DNA of 64,000 nt from a virus. The translations under genes were made by a program, and so were the position numbers. The notes beneath the pieces are model-generated. The model ran no database searches. It was not told the DNA's origin and saw only the letters and a program-made list of their open reading frames with translations. The number at the start of each line of letters is the position of its first letter. Within the stretch, counting starts at the first letter, position 1. Of this stretch, positions 39,588-47,655 are shown one piece after another. The stretch is from the IMG/VR virus record IMGVR_UViG_3300031419_000013, positions 1 to 64,000 of that record, one strand, 5' to 3'.

Positions 39588-41102
39588 TTAATAACTAGAA
39601 TTCCAACGACTGATGTTGTCATTGTAGGCAGCAGTATAACCGTGGTTCGCATCGTTCTTCGAAACTCCACGATGAGTAACAGACATTGCTGAGTACCTCA
39701 TGGCATCCATAGTATCATCGAAGGTTTTAACAATCTTTCCTTCGGTACGATGGTATCTAGCTTTCTCTTCAAAGACTCTGTGACAATGGTTGAATACTTT
39801 AAACCTACCAGTCTTCATTCGTTCACGAATCTCCATAATTCCGGGTTCAACAAAGTTGTTCTTCTTACCATCCATTCCGATTTTGTTGTAGAAGGTTTCA
39901 TGTTTCGCATTAACACCTGCATTGATGTAATATTGAGCCACGGACATACCGCTACCACGCTCCATATTCTGACTATCATGCGGCAGGATGACAGGTATCC
40001 AATTACCTCTCGCGTTAATTGCATGTGCGTGTAAGGCAGGCACTCCACCATCTGCGTGATAAGCGTCATAAATGTAAACAACATCACCATCTGGATCATA
40101 AGCAGACCAAACCACCGCTGTATCATGGGTAATACCAATATCTACACCAGCGACTCTTCTCCAATGATCAGGAATTGGGAAGGATTCACAACGAATCATT
40201 TCATCTGACACATCATAAATCAATCCACTACCCATAACTGGTTCACCTCTTGAACGCATCTGAACCTGCCAGTCTGGAATAGCAGCTAACATATCTTTAA
40301 TATCTTTCTCAGTGATATGCGGAGCATCCCACCAAGTTGCATTCTGCCAATACAAGTCACCTTCTTTGTTGACCATGAACTTATCAACTAACTCTGTACG
40401 TCCATTCTCCGGTGTAGCCGTTAACACCACTAAACCTTTAGTCGTTAGGGTACGTGTAACGCACTGAGAGAAGATGTTCATGCTATCATAAGGGTCTTCT
40501 TCGTCTAGCCAAATGAAATCTACTGTAGCACCCATCAGAGCATGTTCACCCTGTTGAGTTGATCGAAACTCTAACGTACTCATTCCATCAAACTCGCCTC
40601 TAGCGTTGTGATGTTTAATCTGTACAATTAGAATCTTGTTACCGTCTTTCTCTATAGTGTCAAAGTCGATGCAATCTCTTGGGATAGCGCCAGTTCCTAG
40701 TGCTCCCAAATCTTTAGCCACTGATGTACCGAACAATTCTTTTTGCAGAACCTTTCTTGTTGAGTCACCTGTGATACCAACTGCCCAAGCTAGGATTGGT
40801 TTAGGAAACCTATGACCAGTCCACCACGTTGGGTATCTCCCTGTTAAATGACATGCCATCTCGAATGATTCGCTGTATGATTTACCCACACGGTTTGCAG
40901 CGCATAGGAATCTAAAGCGAAAGTCTTTGCTAGCACCATAGAATTGTTTTTGAAAGTCGTAAGCTTTGAAGTAATTAAGTTTGTTATATTTCTTTAAGTC
41001 CTCTTTCTCTTGTAACATTCTTAACAGCTCTGCCTTGCCCTCTTTATCCAGTTTACTCAGAGCCTCTTCAATTGCTTGACTGATTGAAATCTTTTCCGAC
41101 AT
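39588..41102 (-). CDS. terL: terminase large subunit
   Basis: Walker A-like AANRVGKSYS, Walker B-like VDFIWLDEED, nuclease-half pattern; start moved to second ATG with GGAGG RBS. Confidence 0.85.
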   Translation of the reverse strand: MSEKISISQAIEEALSKLDKEGKAELLRMLQEKEDLKKYNKLNYFKAYDFQKQFYGASKDFRFRFLCAANRVGKSYSESFEMACHLTGRYPTWWTGHRFPKPILAWAVGITGDSTRKVLQKELFGTSVAKDLGALGTGAIPRDCIDFDTIEKDGNKILIVQIKHHNARGEFDGMSTLEFRSTQQGEHALMGATVDFIWLDEEDPYDSMNIFSQCVTRTLTTKGLVVLTATPENGRTELVDKFMVNKEGDLYWQNATWWDAPHITEKDIKDMLAAIPDWQVQMRSRGEPVMGSGLIYDVSDEMIRCESFPIPDHWRRVAGVDIGITHDTAVVWSAYDPDGDVVYIYDAYHADGGVPALHAHAINARGNWIPVILPHDSQNMERGSGMSVAQYYINAGVNAKHETFYNKIGMDGKKNNFVEPGIMEIRERMKTGRFKVFNHCHRVFEEKARYHRTEGKIVKTFDDTMDAMRYSAMSVTHRGVSKNDANHGYTAAYNDNISRWNSSY

Positions 41103-41118
41103 ATATCCTCCATCCATT

Positions 41119-41153
41119 AAAAAAGGGGCTAACCCTTTAACGAGTATCGCCCC
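41119..41153 (-). terminator. possible attenuator/terminator hairpin (minus strand)
   Basis: GGGGC...GCCCC followed by TTTTTT on minus strand, between TerS-like and TerL genes. Confidence 0.35.
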
Positions 41154-41169
41154 TCTCCTCTAATAACCT

Positions 41170-41580
41170 TTAGTCGTCCTCTGAATCATCTTCATCTGAC
41201 GGAGGCATAACATCTTTGCCAAGCTCAGCAGAAAGGAAGTCACGGATCTTGTGTTCCATTTGTTCCTCAGTCATTGCATCATGATCATCCATCTTAACTT
41301 CAATCGAAGCAGCTTTCGGATATACCAGATCGGCAATCTTCGATGCAGCTTTAAATCTCAAGTCAGGAGGAATTGTTGGATCTTGATAAAGATCAATCAA
41401 CACTTCATCTGGAGATAGACCAGCCTGTGCAACTCTGTCAAGCATAGCTTGTGTAAGTTTGTTTCGTTTACCTTTTGCTCTTCCGAGTTTATTTCCTTTT
41501 TCAAATCTGCCTGTCTGTGGGTTCATACCTTTATCCTCTAAATCCTCTGTGACCCCAGCCAACCTTTTAAGATCTAACAT
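41170..41580 (-). CDS. terminase small subunit candidate
   Basis: GRFEKGNKLGRAKGKRNK basic motif, acidic C-terminus; immediately upstream of TerL; AAGGAG RBS. Confidence 0.5.
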   Translation of the reverse strand: MLDLKRLAGVTEDLEDKGMNPQTGRFEKGNKLGRAKGKRNKLTQAMLDRVAQAGLSPDEVLIDLYQDPTIPPDLRFKAASKIADLVYPKAASIEVKMDDHDAMTEEQMEHKIRDFLSAELGKDVMPPSDEDDSEDD

Positions 41581-41715
41581 CTATGTTCTCCTTTTCTTTC
41601 ATTATAAAAATTTTCGCGCCGGTTCCACCTCCGCCCCCAGCTACGCGGGGTCGTCGGCGTGTCGCTACCGCTCCTTCCTCTGAAAGAAGGGAGTAAAGCA
41701 ATGAAGGGCATGTTT

Positions 41716-41760
41716 CTATGAATGGCTATCTTGTGAATGCATACCCTGTGAATGGCTGTC
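41716..41760. repeat. three perfect-phase 15-bp tandem repeats (YTRTGAATGSMTRYC)
   Basis: CTATGAATGGCTATC / TTGTGAATGCATACC / CTGTGAATGGCTGTC. Confidence 0.8.
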
Positions 41761-42366
41761 TTATACGTGAGGAGTTAGGATGCTACCTGAGTACACATCT
41801 TCTTTAGCTAATCCATTAATGCGATGGTAAGCTTCAGGTCCACTTCTCTCAGTGAGGTAGCGTCTAAGAATATTTTCATCCATAGGAATAATATCACCCG
41901 GCTTAGCTTTGTTTGTGTTATTGATGAAGTCTTCATAGCGTGCCTTCTCTTCATCACTAACCTTGTTAATGGGAATCCACACAGGGACTTGCTTACCCTT
42001 AACAGTTTTGATTACACGTTCCCATTCACCTTTCGAATCTAAGTAATCTCTGAATGCACCATCAAACTCTTTATCCTCTGATGTGAATGCAGATTCTTCA
42101 TACATATCTGTTAATGGCATGTCAGGTTCTGTCTCAGGAATATCAGTGCGCTTGCATTCATGGTATTCTTCGAATCCCTCAACATCATGTTCAACACCAA
42201 CTTCAAATCCACCACCTAATGTCAGCTTATCATTCTCCACGTCATAGGCTTCGTTAACTGCACCACCACGTAAGCTATCCACCAGTTCACCAAACTCTTG
42301 TTCAGAGATGTGACCTTCATCAAACAGCTCAGTTAGTAATTTAATTCTCTCAATATAGTTACTCAT
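41761..42366 (-). CDS. hypothetical acidic protein, first gene of the late operon
   Basis: ORF track (201 aa). Confidence 0.55.
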   Translation of the reverse strand: MSNYIERIKLLTELFDEGHISEQEFGELVDSLRGGAVNEAYDVENDKLTLGGGFEVGVEHDVEGFEEYHECKRTDIPETEPDMPLTDMYEESAFTSEDKEFDGAFRDYLDSKGEWERVIKTVKGKQVPVWIPINKVSDEEKARYEDFINNTNKAKPGDIIPMDENILRRYLTERSGPEAYHRINGLAKEDVYSGSILTPHV

Positions 42367-43130
42367 AATATTTTAAATCTCCTAATCGGATATGTGAATG
42401 CAAGATGAATCAATCATCAAGCATGTATATTAAACGTTAACTCTTAACACAAGTCTTTATTCAAGACTATGTATATAAGGTTTTTAATTTCAAAATTTTC
42501 GGATGCGTGATATAGGCCCGCGCGACAAACTGTAAAAGGGGGAGTCCTCATTTGGATTTCTTCTCTCAGAGAATGTCTTTATTGTCAATAGGACTTATCC
42601 TAATCCACCTATCATCCCCACGTATGCATAACTATGTACCCTACCCCCACGTTATTAGTAAGTACCCCTTTAAATGCGCATGTTATCAGAGGATCTAATG
42701 ATGCAGCGTTATACCTCATAAGTTATTGATTAATGTAGTATAAATAATATGGAAAACTACCCGTATTTTGCTTGACAAACATACCGCGATGTGATAGGCG
42801 TACGTTCTAGTCTATATGTTTCAATAGCTTACTATTCCACTGGATAAACATACAGGACACAGCATTAACAGCATAGTTATTCACTTACTTTGCATACTTA
42901 AGTGTTCGCTGAAGAAGATAGGACAAGGCAATGTGTAACAAGGAGTAACTGATTGGGGCAGATTGATTGGGAGTTAGTTGTAATAGGGTTAAGTGTAATA
43001 GAGTTAAGCTGTTGTTTTCTCTACTCTTTTCTCTTCTTTCAGAGAGTCTTTTCTGGTTTTTAATAGAGAGTTACATGCTAGGTTAGTTTTATGTTAAGAA
43101 TGTTAATCAGATGTTATAGGAATCATTGGT

Positions 43131-43190
43131 TTGTAAAGTTATGTCAAGTTTTGTAAAGTTATGTCAAGTTTTGTAAAGTTATGTAAAGAT
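43131..43190 (+). repeat. 20-bp tandem repeat x3 (TTGTAAAGTTATGTCAAGTT)
   Basis: Two perfect copies and one variant copy ending 2 nt before a -35 hexamer. Confidence 0.9.
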
Positions 43191-43192
43191 AC

Positions 43193-43222
43193 TTGACAAA
43201 TACCCCTAAAGTGTGTTATAAT
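43193..43222 (+). promoter_or_regulatory. sigma70 promoter P1 (TTGACA-18-TATAAT, extended TG)
   Basis: TTGACA 43193-43198; TGTTATAAT 43214-43222. Confidence 0.7.
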
Positions 43223-43712
43223 AGATGGTTAATGTGATAGTTGTATCTGCTAATTATATCACTGGTAACTATTACGATTAAAACAATTCACTGAAGAAAT
43301 GATTAACAACCTAATTAATCTAAATTGAATGATTAGTTAATAGAATTATTATTAGTAGAATTATTGTTTATTGAAATCATAACTCTGATAATTATTAACA
43401 AGGTTAACTCTATTACATTGCCTTGCGGGTATGCTGAGTGCCAGTATTCTGGTTAGATTATGAGCGGTTAGATTAAGTTGTTGATTTATAAGGGTTTTTA
43501 GTTTGTAAATCAGCTTGATTATTGGCACTTAGGCATATACGCATGTACGCGGTCTATCTATTGATGTGCTGTTGTTGTGGTACTAGATAGAATAAGTTGT
43601 TATTTATCAATGAGTTGCAGGATTAGTACTGACGAGGGAAGGTTTTTATCAAAATAAATTCCTTTATAAATCAATCACTTACAACTATTTTCAATCTTTT
43701 TAAAGGAATCGC

Positions 43713-43741
43713 TTGTCATCATTATGCGTTTCCTCTAATAT
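43713..43741 (+). promoter_or_regulatory. sigma70 promoter P2 (TTGTCA-17-TAATAT)
   Basis: Hexamers at 43713-43718 and 43736-43741. Confidence 0.6.
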
Positions 43742-43901
43742 CTCTTTCACCGGGACAACAAAGCAACGTTGAACCGGGTAGTAAGAAGGTTTAATAAGCG
43801 GTAAACGTATTACTTCCCCGCGAAGCCCCCGAAAGGGACCGCCAGCGGTTAACTCTAAGAGTTATGGTAATGGAAAGTGACGTGATGCAGTGCTTCTTAC
43901 A

Positions 43902-43914
43902 TGCTCTTTAATAA
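43902..43914 (+). promoter_or_regulatory. boxA-like element A (TGCTCTTTAATAA)
   Basis: 12/13 match to rrn boxA TGCTCTTTAACAA; about 155 nt downstream of P2. Confidence 0.6.
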
Positions 43915-44042
43915 TTAGGCTGTTAAGTTAACCTTTATTAGTAGCGAGTCACAAGCTGGCGAGGTTTGAACGGATTAACGTTTAGTTTGTCGTTGTTTAT
44001 CAGCGACTTAATAAAAAGTTCAAATGAAAGTGAAAATAAAGG

Positions 44043-44070
44043 TAGACATTAAATAACAGTCTGATAATAT
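44043..44070 (+). promoter_or_regulatory. sigma70 promoter P3 (TAGACA-16-TAATAT, extended TG)
   Basis: TAGACA 44043-44048; TGATAATAT 44062-44070. Confidence 0.55.
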
Positions 44071-44149
44071 GAGCACCAGTTAGACGAAACGCCGCGCTGA
44101 ATAAGTTGAGTAAGCCCCGCTGATTAGTCCGACATTGCAGTAAGATATA

Positions 44150-44162
44150 TGCTCTTTAACAA
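44150..44162 (+). promoter_or_regulatory. boxA element B (TGCTCTTTAACAA)
   Basis: 13/13 identity to the E. coli rrn leader boxA consensus; about 75 nt downstream of P3. Confidence 0.7.
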
Positions 44163-44219
44163 TTTGACTTTGATTCTAGTCTGATAAACTAATCAACCTT
44201 GACAGGGGATGTGTTAATC

Positions 44220-44405
44220 ATGGCGAAGAATACTCTTAAGCGTGTTATGTTAGGCTTAGTGCTAATTGATCATGAAACTGGAGCGGTGTTTGATAAAGGC
44301 CCGTATTCTAAGGAATGGCAGTTAGTTAGTCCTAAACGTGCTAAACTGTTGATAGAATGGCAGTCAGGCGAAACGATTGGACATAACGTGGTTTTTAAGG
44401 GGTAA
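44220..44405 (+). CDS. early hypothetical protein (61 aa)
   Basis: ATG 44220 in frame with track ORF 44199..44405; first ORF after the promoter/boxA cassettes. Confidence 0.5.
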   Translation: MAKNTLKRVMLGLVLIDHETGAVFDKGPYSKEWQLVSPKRAKLLIEWQSGETIGHNVVFKG

Positions 44406-44410
44406 TTATC

Positions 44411-44482
44411 ATGCACGATATCATCGTTATTATGACAGTGTGTTTAGTGTGTGGTGGTTATGCTCTGGTTAGCTGGCGCTGA
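44411..44482 (+). CDS. hydrophobic micro-protein (23 aa)
   Basis: AAGGGG RBS; MHDIIVIMTVCLVCGGYALVSWR. Confidence 0.3.
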   Translation: MHDIIVIMTVCLVCGGYALVSWR

Positions 44483-44526
44483 AAGGCGCTGGTTTATCAG
44501 ACTGGAATTGAAGTTGAAAAGATTTG

Positions 44527-44554
44527 TTGACTCTAACAGCGTTTGCTGTAGAAT
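44527..44554 (+). promoter_or_regulatory. sigma70 promoter P4 (TTGACT-16-TAGAAT)
   Basis: Hexamers at 44527-44532 and 44549-44554. Confidence 0.6.
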
Positions 44555-44615
44555 GTGTCACAAGTTAGGCCGGTAAAGCCTGACAACGATAAGGATTGCA
44601 CATAGCGCCTTATCA

Positions 44616-44628
44616 TGTTCTTTAACAA
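44616..44628 (+). promoter_or_regulatory. boxA-like element C (TGTTCTTTAACAA)
   Basis: 12/13 match; preceded by hairpin GATAAGG...CCTTATC; about 55 nt downstream of P4. Confidence 0.6.
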
Positions 44629-44920
44629 TTAGGAATGGTTATCTAACTATCGAAAGCTGGCGCTTATATAGGCTAGTTAGTAGCGGTCTAAGGTGCAGCG
44701 GAAAAGTAAACCTTATGATTGATAGTGAAGTACCGATGAAAAGCTGATTATCTTATCAGGCTGATTTACGCGCCTTGCCTATCCGGTGAAGGAAATGCGA
44801 TTTCAACCGCTAATGATATTATGAAAGGTGAAGTAAGAAGGAAAAGCGAAAATGGTTAGTCGTTATCGTATAGAGTGTAACAACTCGCCACGGTCTACCA
44901 TTCCAGCGGCGCAAGCCGTT

Positions 44921-44933
44921 TCCTGTTTAACAA
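44921..44933 (+). promoter_or_regulatory. boxA-like element D (TCCTGTTTAACAA)
   Basis: 11/13 match; no obvious promoter immediately upstream. Confidence 0.4.
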
Positions 44934-45270
44934 TATGGTTTAGATTCTATCCTCGTTTGAGACTTTCGAGATAGTTTAATCTTACAGAATGAAATGTGAC
45001 TAATTCCCTGCTTTAGTATTAGCAAAGCGAGTTACAAAGTAGAGGTGTAAGAGTTCAAAGCGGCAGTAAAAGTAAGACGCGAGTACGTGATAGGCCGGAA
45101 AGTGTGTGAACTGAAATAGCGGAGAATAAGCGGCGATTGAGATAATGAGGAGCAAATAGAATCACCTTTGTTAAACAGGAGGAAACAAAAATTGATTTAA
45201 AGTAAAGGTTATGTGAGACGGCCTTTAACTCACAATCACCCTGTTATTTCATCGGTAAACAGCGAAGCGG

Positions 45271-45285
45271 TTAACTACTGTGACG
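45271..45285 (+). promoter_or_regulatory. conserved phage motif copy 1 (TTAACTACTGTGACG)
   Basis: Exact core AACTACTGTGACG; in untranslated leader 160 nt upstream of ORF 45446. Confidence 0.6.
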
Positions 45286-45445
45286 CGGTTTATGAGATAA
45301 CAGGGTTTAGTTGATTGTCTTGTCGCCTTAACGTGATAAGCGTTATGTGAGCGAGAGATGATTTACCTGTTGGCAGTGGATTAAGAAACCGCTGCTAATG
45401 GTGAAGCATTTCAAACAACAACTAACCTTGACAGGGTAAAACATC

Positions 45446-45733
45446 ATGGAAAAGAAACAGCTCGTTATATCTATGCGTCAATTGGTAGATAGTGCAATTG
45501 ATAAACTCGACAAAAGCGGTTATAAGCCGGAAGTTGTTTACAAGGAATTTAATGAGCGCAAAAATGCAATCATTACCCTAGTCAATAACACGACTAATCG
45601 CCGTGAACATCTGGCTTTGATGGTTATTTTAAACAAAGTCTATGTAAACCCCACTACCCGTAACAATGCTGAATTGTTGCGCAAAGAATTTATTAAGGTT
45701 AAAGGTAAATTGCCTTATCCTAGTGATCTTTAA
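45446..45733 (+). CDS. early hypothetical protein (95 aa)
   Basis: ORF track; initiation region duplicated from ORF 44220 (AACCTTGACAGGG..ATCATGG). Confidence 0.55.
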   Translation: MEKKQLVISMRQLVDSAIDKLDKSGYKPEVVYKEFNERKNAIITLVNNTTNRREHLALMVILNKVYVNPTTRNNAELLRKEFIKVKGKLPYPSDL

Positions 45734-45814
45734 AGGTAGTGTTTTAAATTAGCTACACACTGTTTCACCTTATTAGTGTGATAGCTCTACTCTGATAAAA
45801 TAAGGTAACACTTA

Positions 45815-46714
45815 ATGTCAATTAACAATATCCAAGAGGTTCAAACTATGTCTATTCAACTGTTAACTACTCCTACTGAAATTGAAACCGCTATTCTTTC
45901 TATCGGTACAAAAGCTGTTGCTTACAAAGCCGTTGTAAGCTCTGCCGTGCTGTCTTCAACTCAGCATTACCGCACTCATGGTGATTTTACCCTGTTACAG
46001 GGCGCACTTGATGCAGTTTATGCCGTCAACTACCGCGATTATCAAGCGGTGGTCGAATTTATCAAATCTTTAACGTGGGTTGGCTTGTCAGAAACTAAAG
46101 CAGGCCGTCGCACTCGCTTTGAAATCGTTGGCGATCTGTCTGATGCAATGGGCACTAAACCGGCTGACGTTACCGCTAAAGACTGGGGCGATCGCAAGAA
46201 AAAGGTAGCGGAGCAGGTCACTATCCGTCAAGGTCTGTTTAACAACTTCGCAACTGATATCGGCGTGCCAGTGAAAAATCTGGATTGGTCTGTCGGTATG
46301 CCGAAAGAAGAAAAGCAGGTTATCCAGAAATATGGCTGTGATATCTTTGCATGGTATGACGATGTTAAATACCTGCGCTCTGTTAACGACAACGGCGGCA
46401 ACAATGACAACGGTTCTTCACCGGCCTTGCGTACCCTGTCTGTTGAGCAGACCGCTAAACTGGCGGCAACGTTTGAAGATCGTCTGTTAAACTCTGTTAA
46501 CAAGCCAGTTGCATCGACTGTTATTCACATTCTGGAACGTTTCGAAATGGAAGCCGATGTTTTCGTGACGCCGGAAGAAGAAGAGAAACTCCGCGCTCGT
46601 CTGGAACATTTCATCAACCGCGCTAAAGCTCGCTATGAAACTCAGCAACAGATTGAAGCTGAAAAGAAAGCAGCGGCTGAAGAAGCGACTAACGGCGACA
46701 ACGTAACAGCGTAA
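45815..46714 (+). CDS. early hypothetical protein (299 aa), host-like codon usage
   Basis: ORF track; alternative start ATG 45848; CTG/CGC/GGC-rich codons by eye. Confidence 0.65.
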   Translation: MSINNIQEVQTMSIQLLTTPTEIETAILSIGTKAVAYKAVVSSAVLSSTQHYRTHGDFTLLQGALDAVYAVNYRDYQAVVEFIKSLTWVGLSETKAGRRTRFEIVGDLSDAMGTKPADVTAKDWGDRKKKVAEQVTIRQGLFNNFATDIGVPVKNLDWSVGMPKEEKQVIQKYGCDIFAWYDDVKYLRSVNDNGGNNDNGSSPALRTLSVEQTAKLAATFEDRLLNSVNKPVASTVIHILERFEMEADVFVTPEEEEKLRARLEHFINRAKARYETQQQIEAEKKAAAEEATNGDNVTA

Positions 46715-47022
46715 TTCTACTTCACAACTGTAAAGGCTGGAGGGAGCAATCCTTCTAGCCTTTTAGGGTGTGTGTAGTAACATATCAAGCTCAACCGGGC
46801 AATTGTGACGGTTCGCAATTATGCGTTAAATAGTCAAACAATGGTAAATATCACAGCCAGCGTAAACGTATACAATGGCGGCCTGAAGTCAGGGCCAAAT
46901 ATGTTTAGTAACAAAGCAGTGTTACTGTTATACTTACCTTGTTACATCCTAACCCTGTCAAGTTTATGTAATGGGGTAGGTATATCAATTAGCATTCTAT
47001 TTTATTCAGAGATCCTCACATA

Positions 47023-47433
47023 ATGGCTTATGTACAGATGAAAGATTTTGGCAGTGATACAACGCCAGAACAAAAAGCCGCTGCGATTGCAGCCATTGCA
47101 GAACGTAGTCAGAAGCGTCACCTTTCTAACACTGGCGCTAGTCGTGGGGCATTGCGTGTTAATATGCAAGCCTCAAACGTTGCAACTATCGGCAAAGTAT
47201 CATCACGCTTTCGTAAACCGGCGGCTAACTCAAAGTTTGAGAATCAGGAAGCCCGCAAGGTAACGAAAGGCAGACAGAAGGTTAAAGGCGGTACTATTCA
47301 GCCAGAAGGATGGTATAAAACATCACAAGGCGCTGATAGTGTAGTAGGCCGCGACGAACATAAAAACGCGAAGGCTATTACAACTCAGGGGATTTTTAAG
47401 AATGGCAAAAATCAAGGCTTTAAAGTTCGCTGA
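47023..47433 (+). CDS. hypothetical basic protein (136 aa)
   Basis: ORF track. Confidence 0.55.
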   Translation: MAYVQMKDFGSDTTPEQKAAAIAAIAERSQKRHLSNTGASRGALRVNMQASNVATIGKVSSRFRKPAANSKFENQEARKVTKGRQKVKGGTIQPEGWYKTSQGADSVVGRDEHKNAKAITTQGIFKNGKNQGFKVR

Positions 47434-47581
47434 TTTTAAAGACGACCTTAACCATTTCATAATCTCAGGCGCTACTGAAAACCCTGAGTTTATTTACCAG
47501 CACATTGACGAACATTATTCACACATCAAAGATAAGTGTGTTGAGTATGTCAGAAGTCGTCAGAAAGATTTATCAGAGTAA
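47402..47581 (+). CDS. hypothetical protein (59 aa)
   Basis: Read by eye (below cutoff); ends immediately before a strong terminator. Confidence 0.4.
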   Translation: MAKIKALKFADFKDDLNHFIISGATENPEFIYQHIDEHYSHIKDKCVEYVRSRQKDLSE

Positions 47582-47588
47582 GTTTACT

Positions 47589-47615
47589 GCCGTCCTTCGG
47601 GGCGGCTTTTTTTTT
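47589..47615 (+). terminator. rho-independent terminator
   Basis: GCCGTCC-TTCG-GGGCGGC followed by T9. Confidence 0.85.
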
Positions 47616-47655
47616 GCTTTAAATAAAGTAAACGTCCTGATTGATAGGTGGATAA

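Noticed and set aside
41459-41683. Track ORF of 74 aa on the plus strand, across the TerS-like gene start and the GC-rich island.
   Set aside because: It is antisense to a well-supported gene and then runs through the GC-rich intergenic patch. It is an artefact of local composition.
42421-42750. ATGTATA-containing AT-rich words (42421, 42469, 42730, also 50478) as phage sigma-dependent promoters.
   Set aside because: The idea rests on an uncertain memory of a promoter consensus from another phage group. The words are short, AT-rich and variably oriented relative to the genes they would serve. They are not distinguishable from background without statistics.
42772-42800. A fifth sigma70 promoter (CTTGACAAAC...TGTGATAGG), paralogous to P1.
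   Set aside because: The -35 is perfect, but no acceptable -10 hexamer lies at 16-18 nt. It looks like a degenerate copy of P1 and is not reported as a feature.
43131-43190. The tandem repeats as a CRISPR array.
   Set aside because: The repeats are directly abutting 20-mers with no spacers. There are only about 3 copies and no cas genes. They are better explained as iterons or operators.
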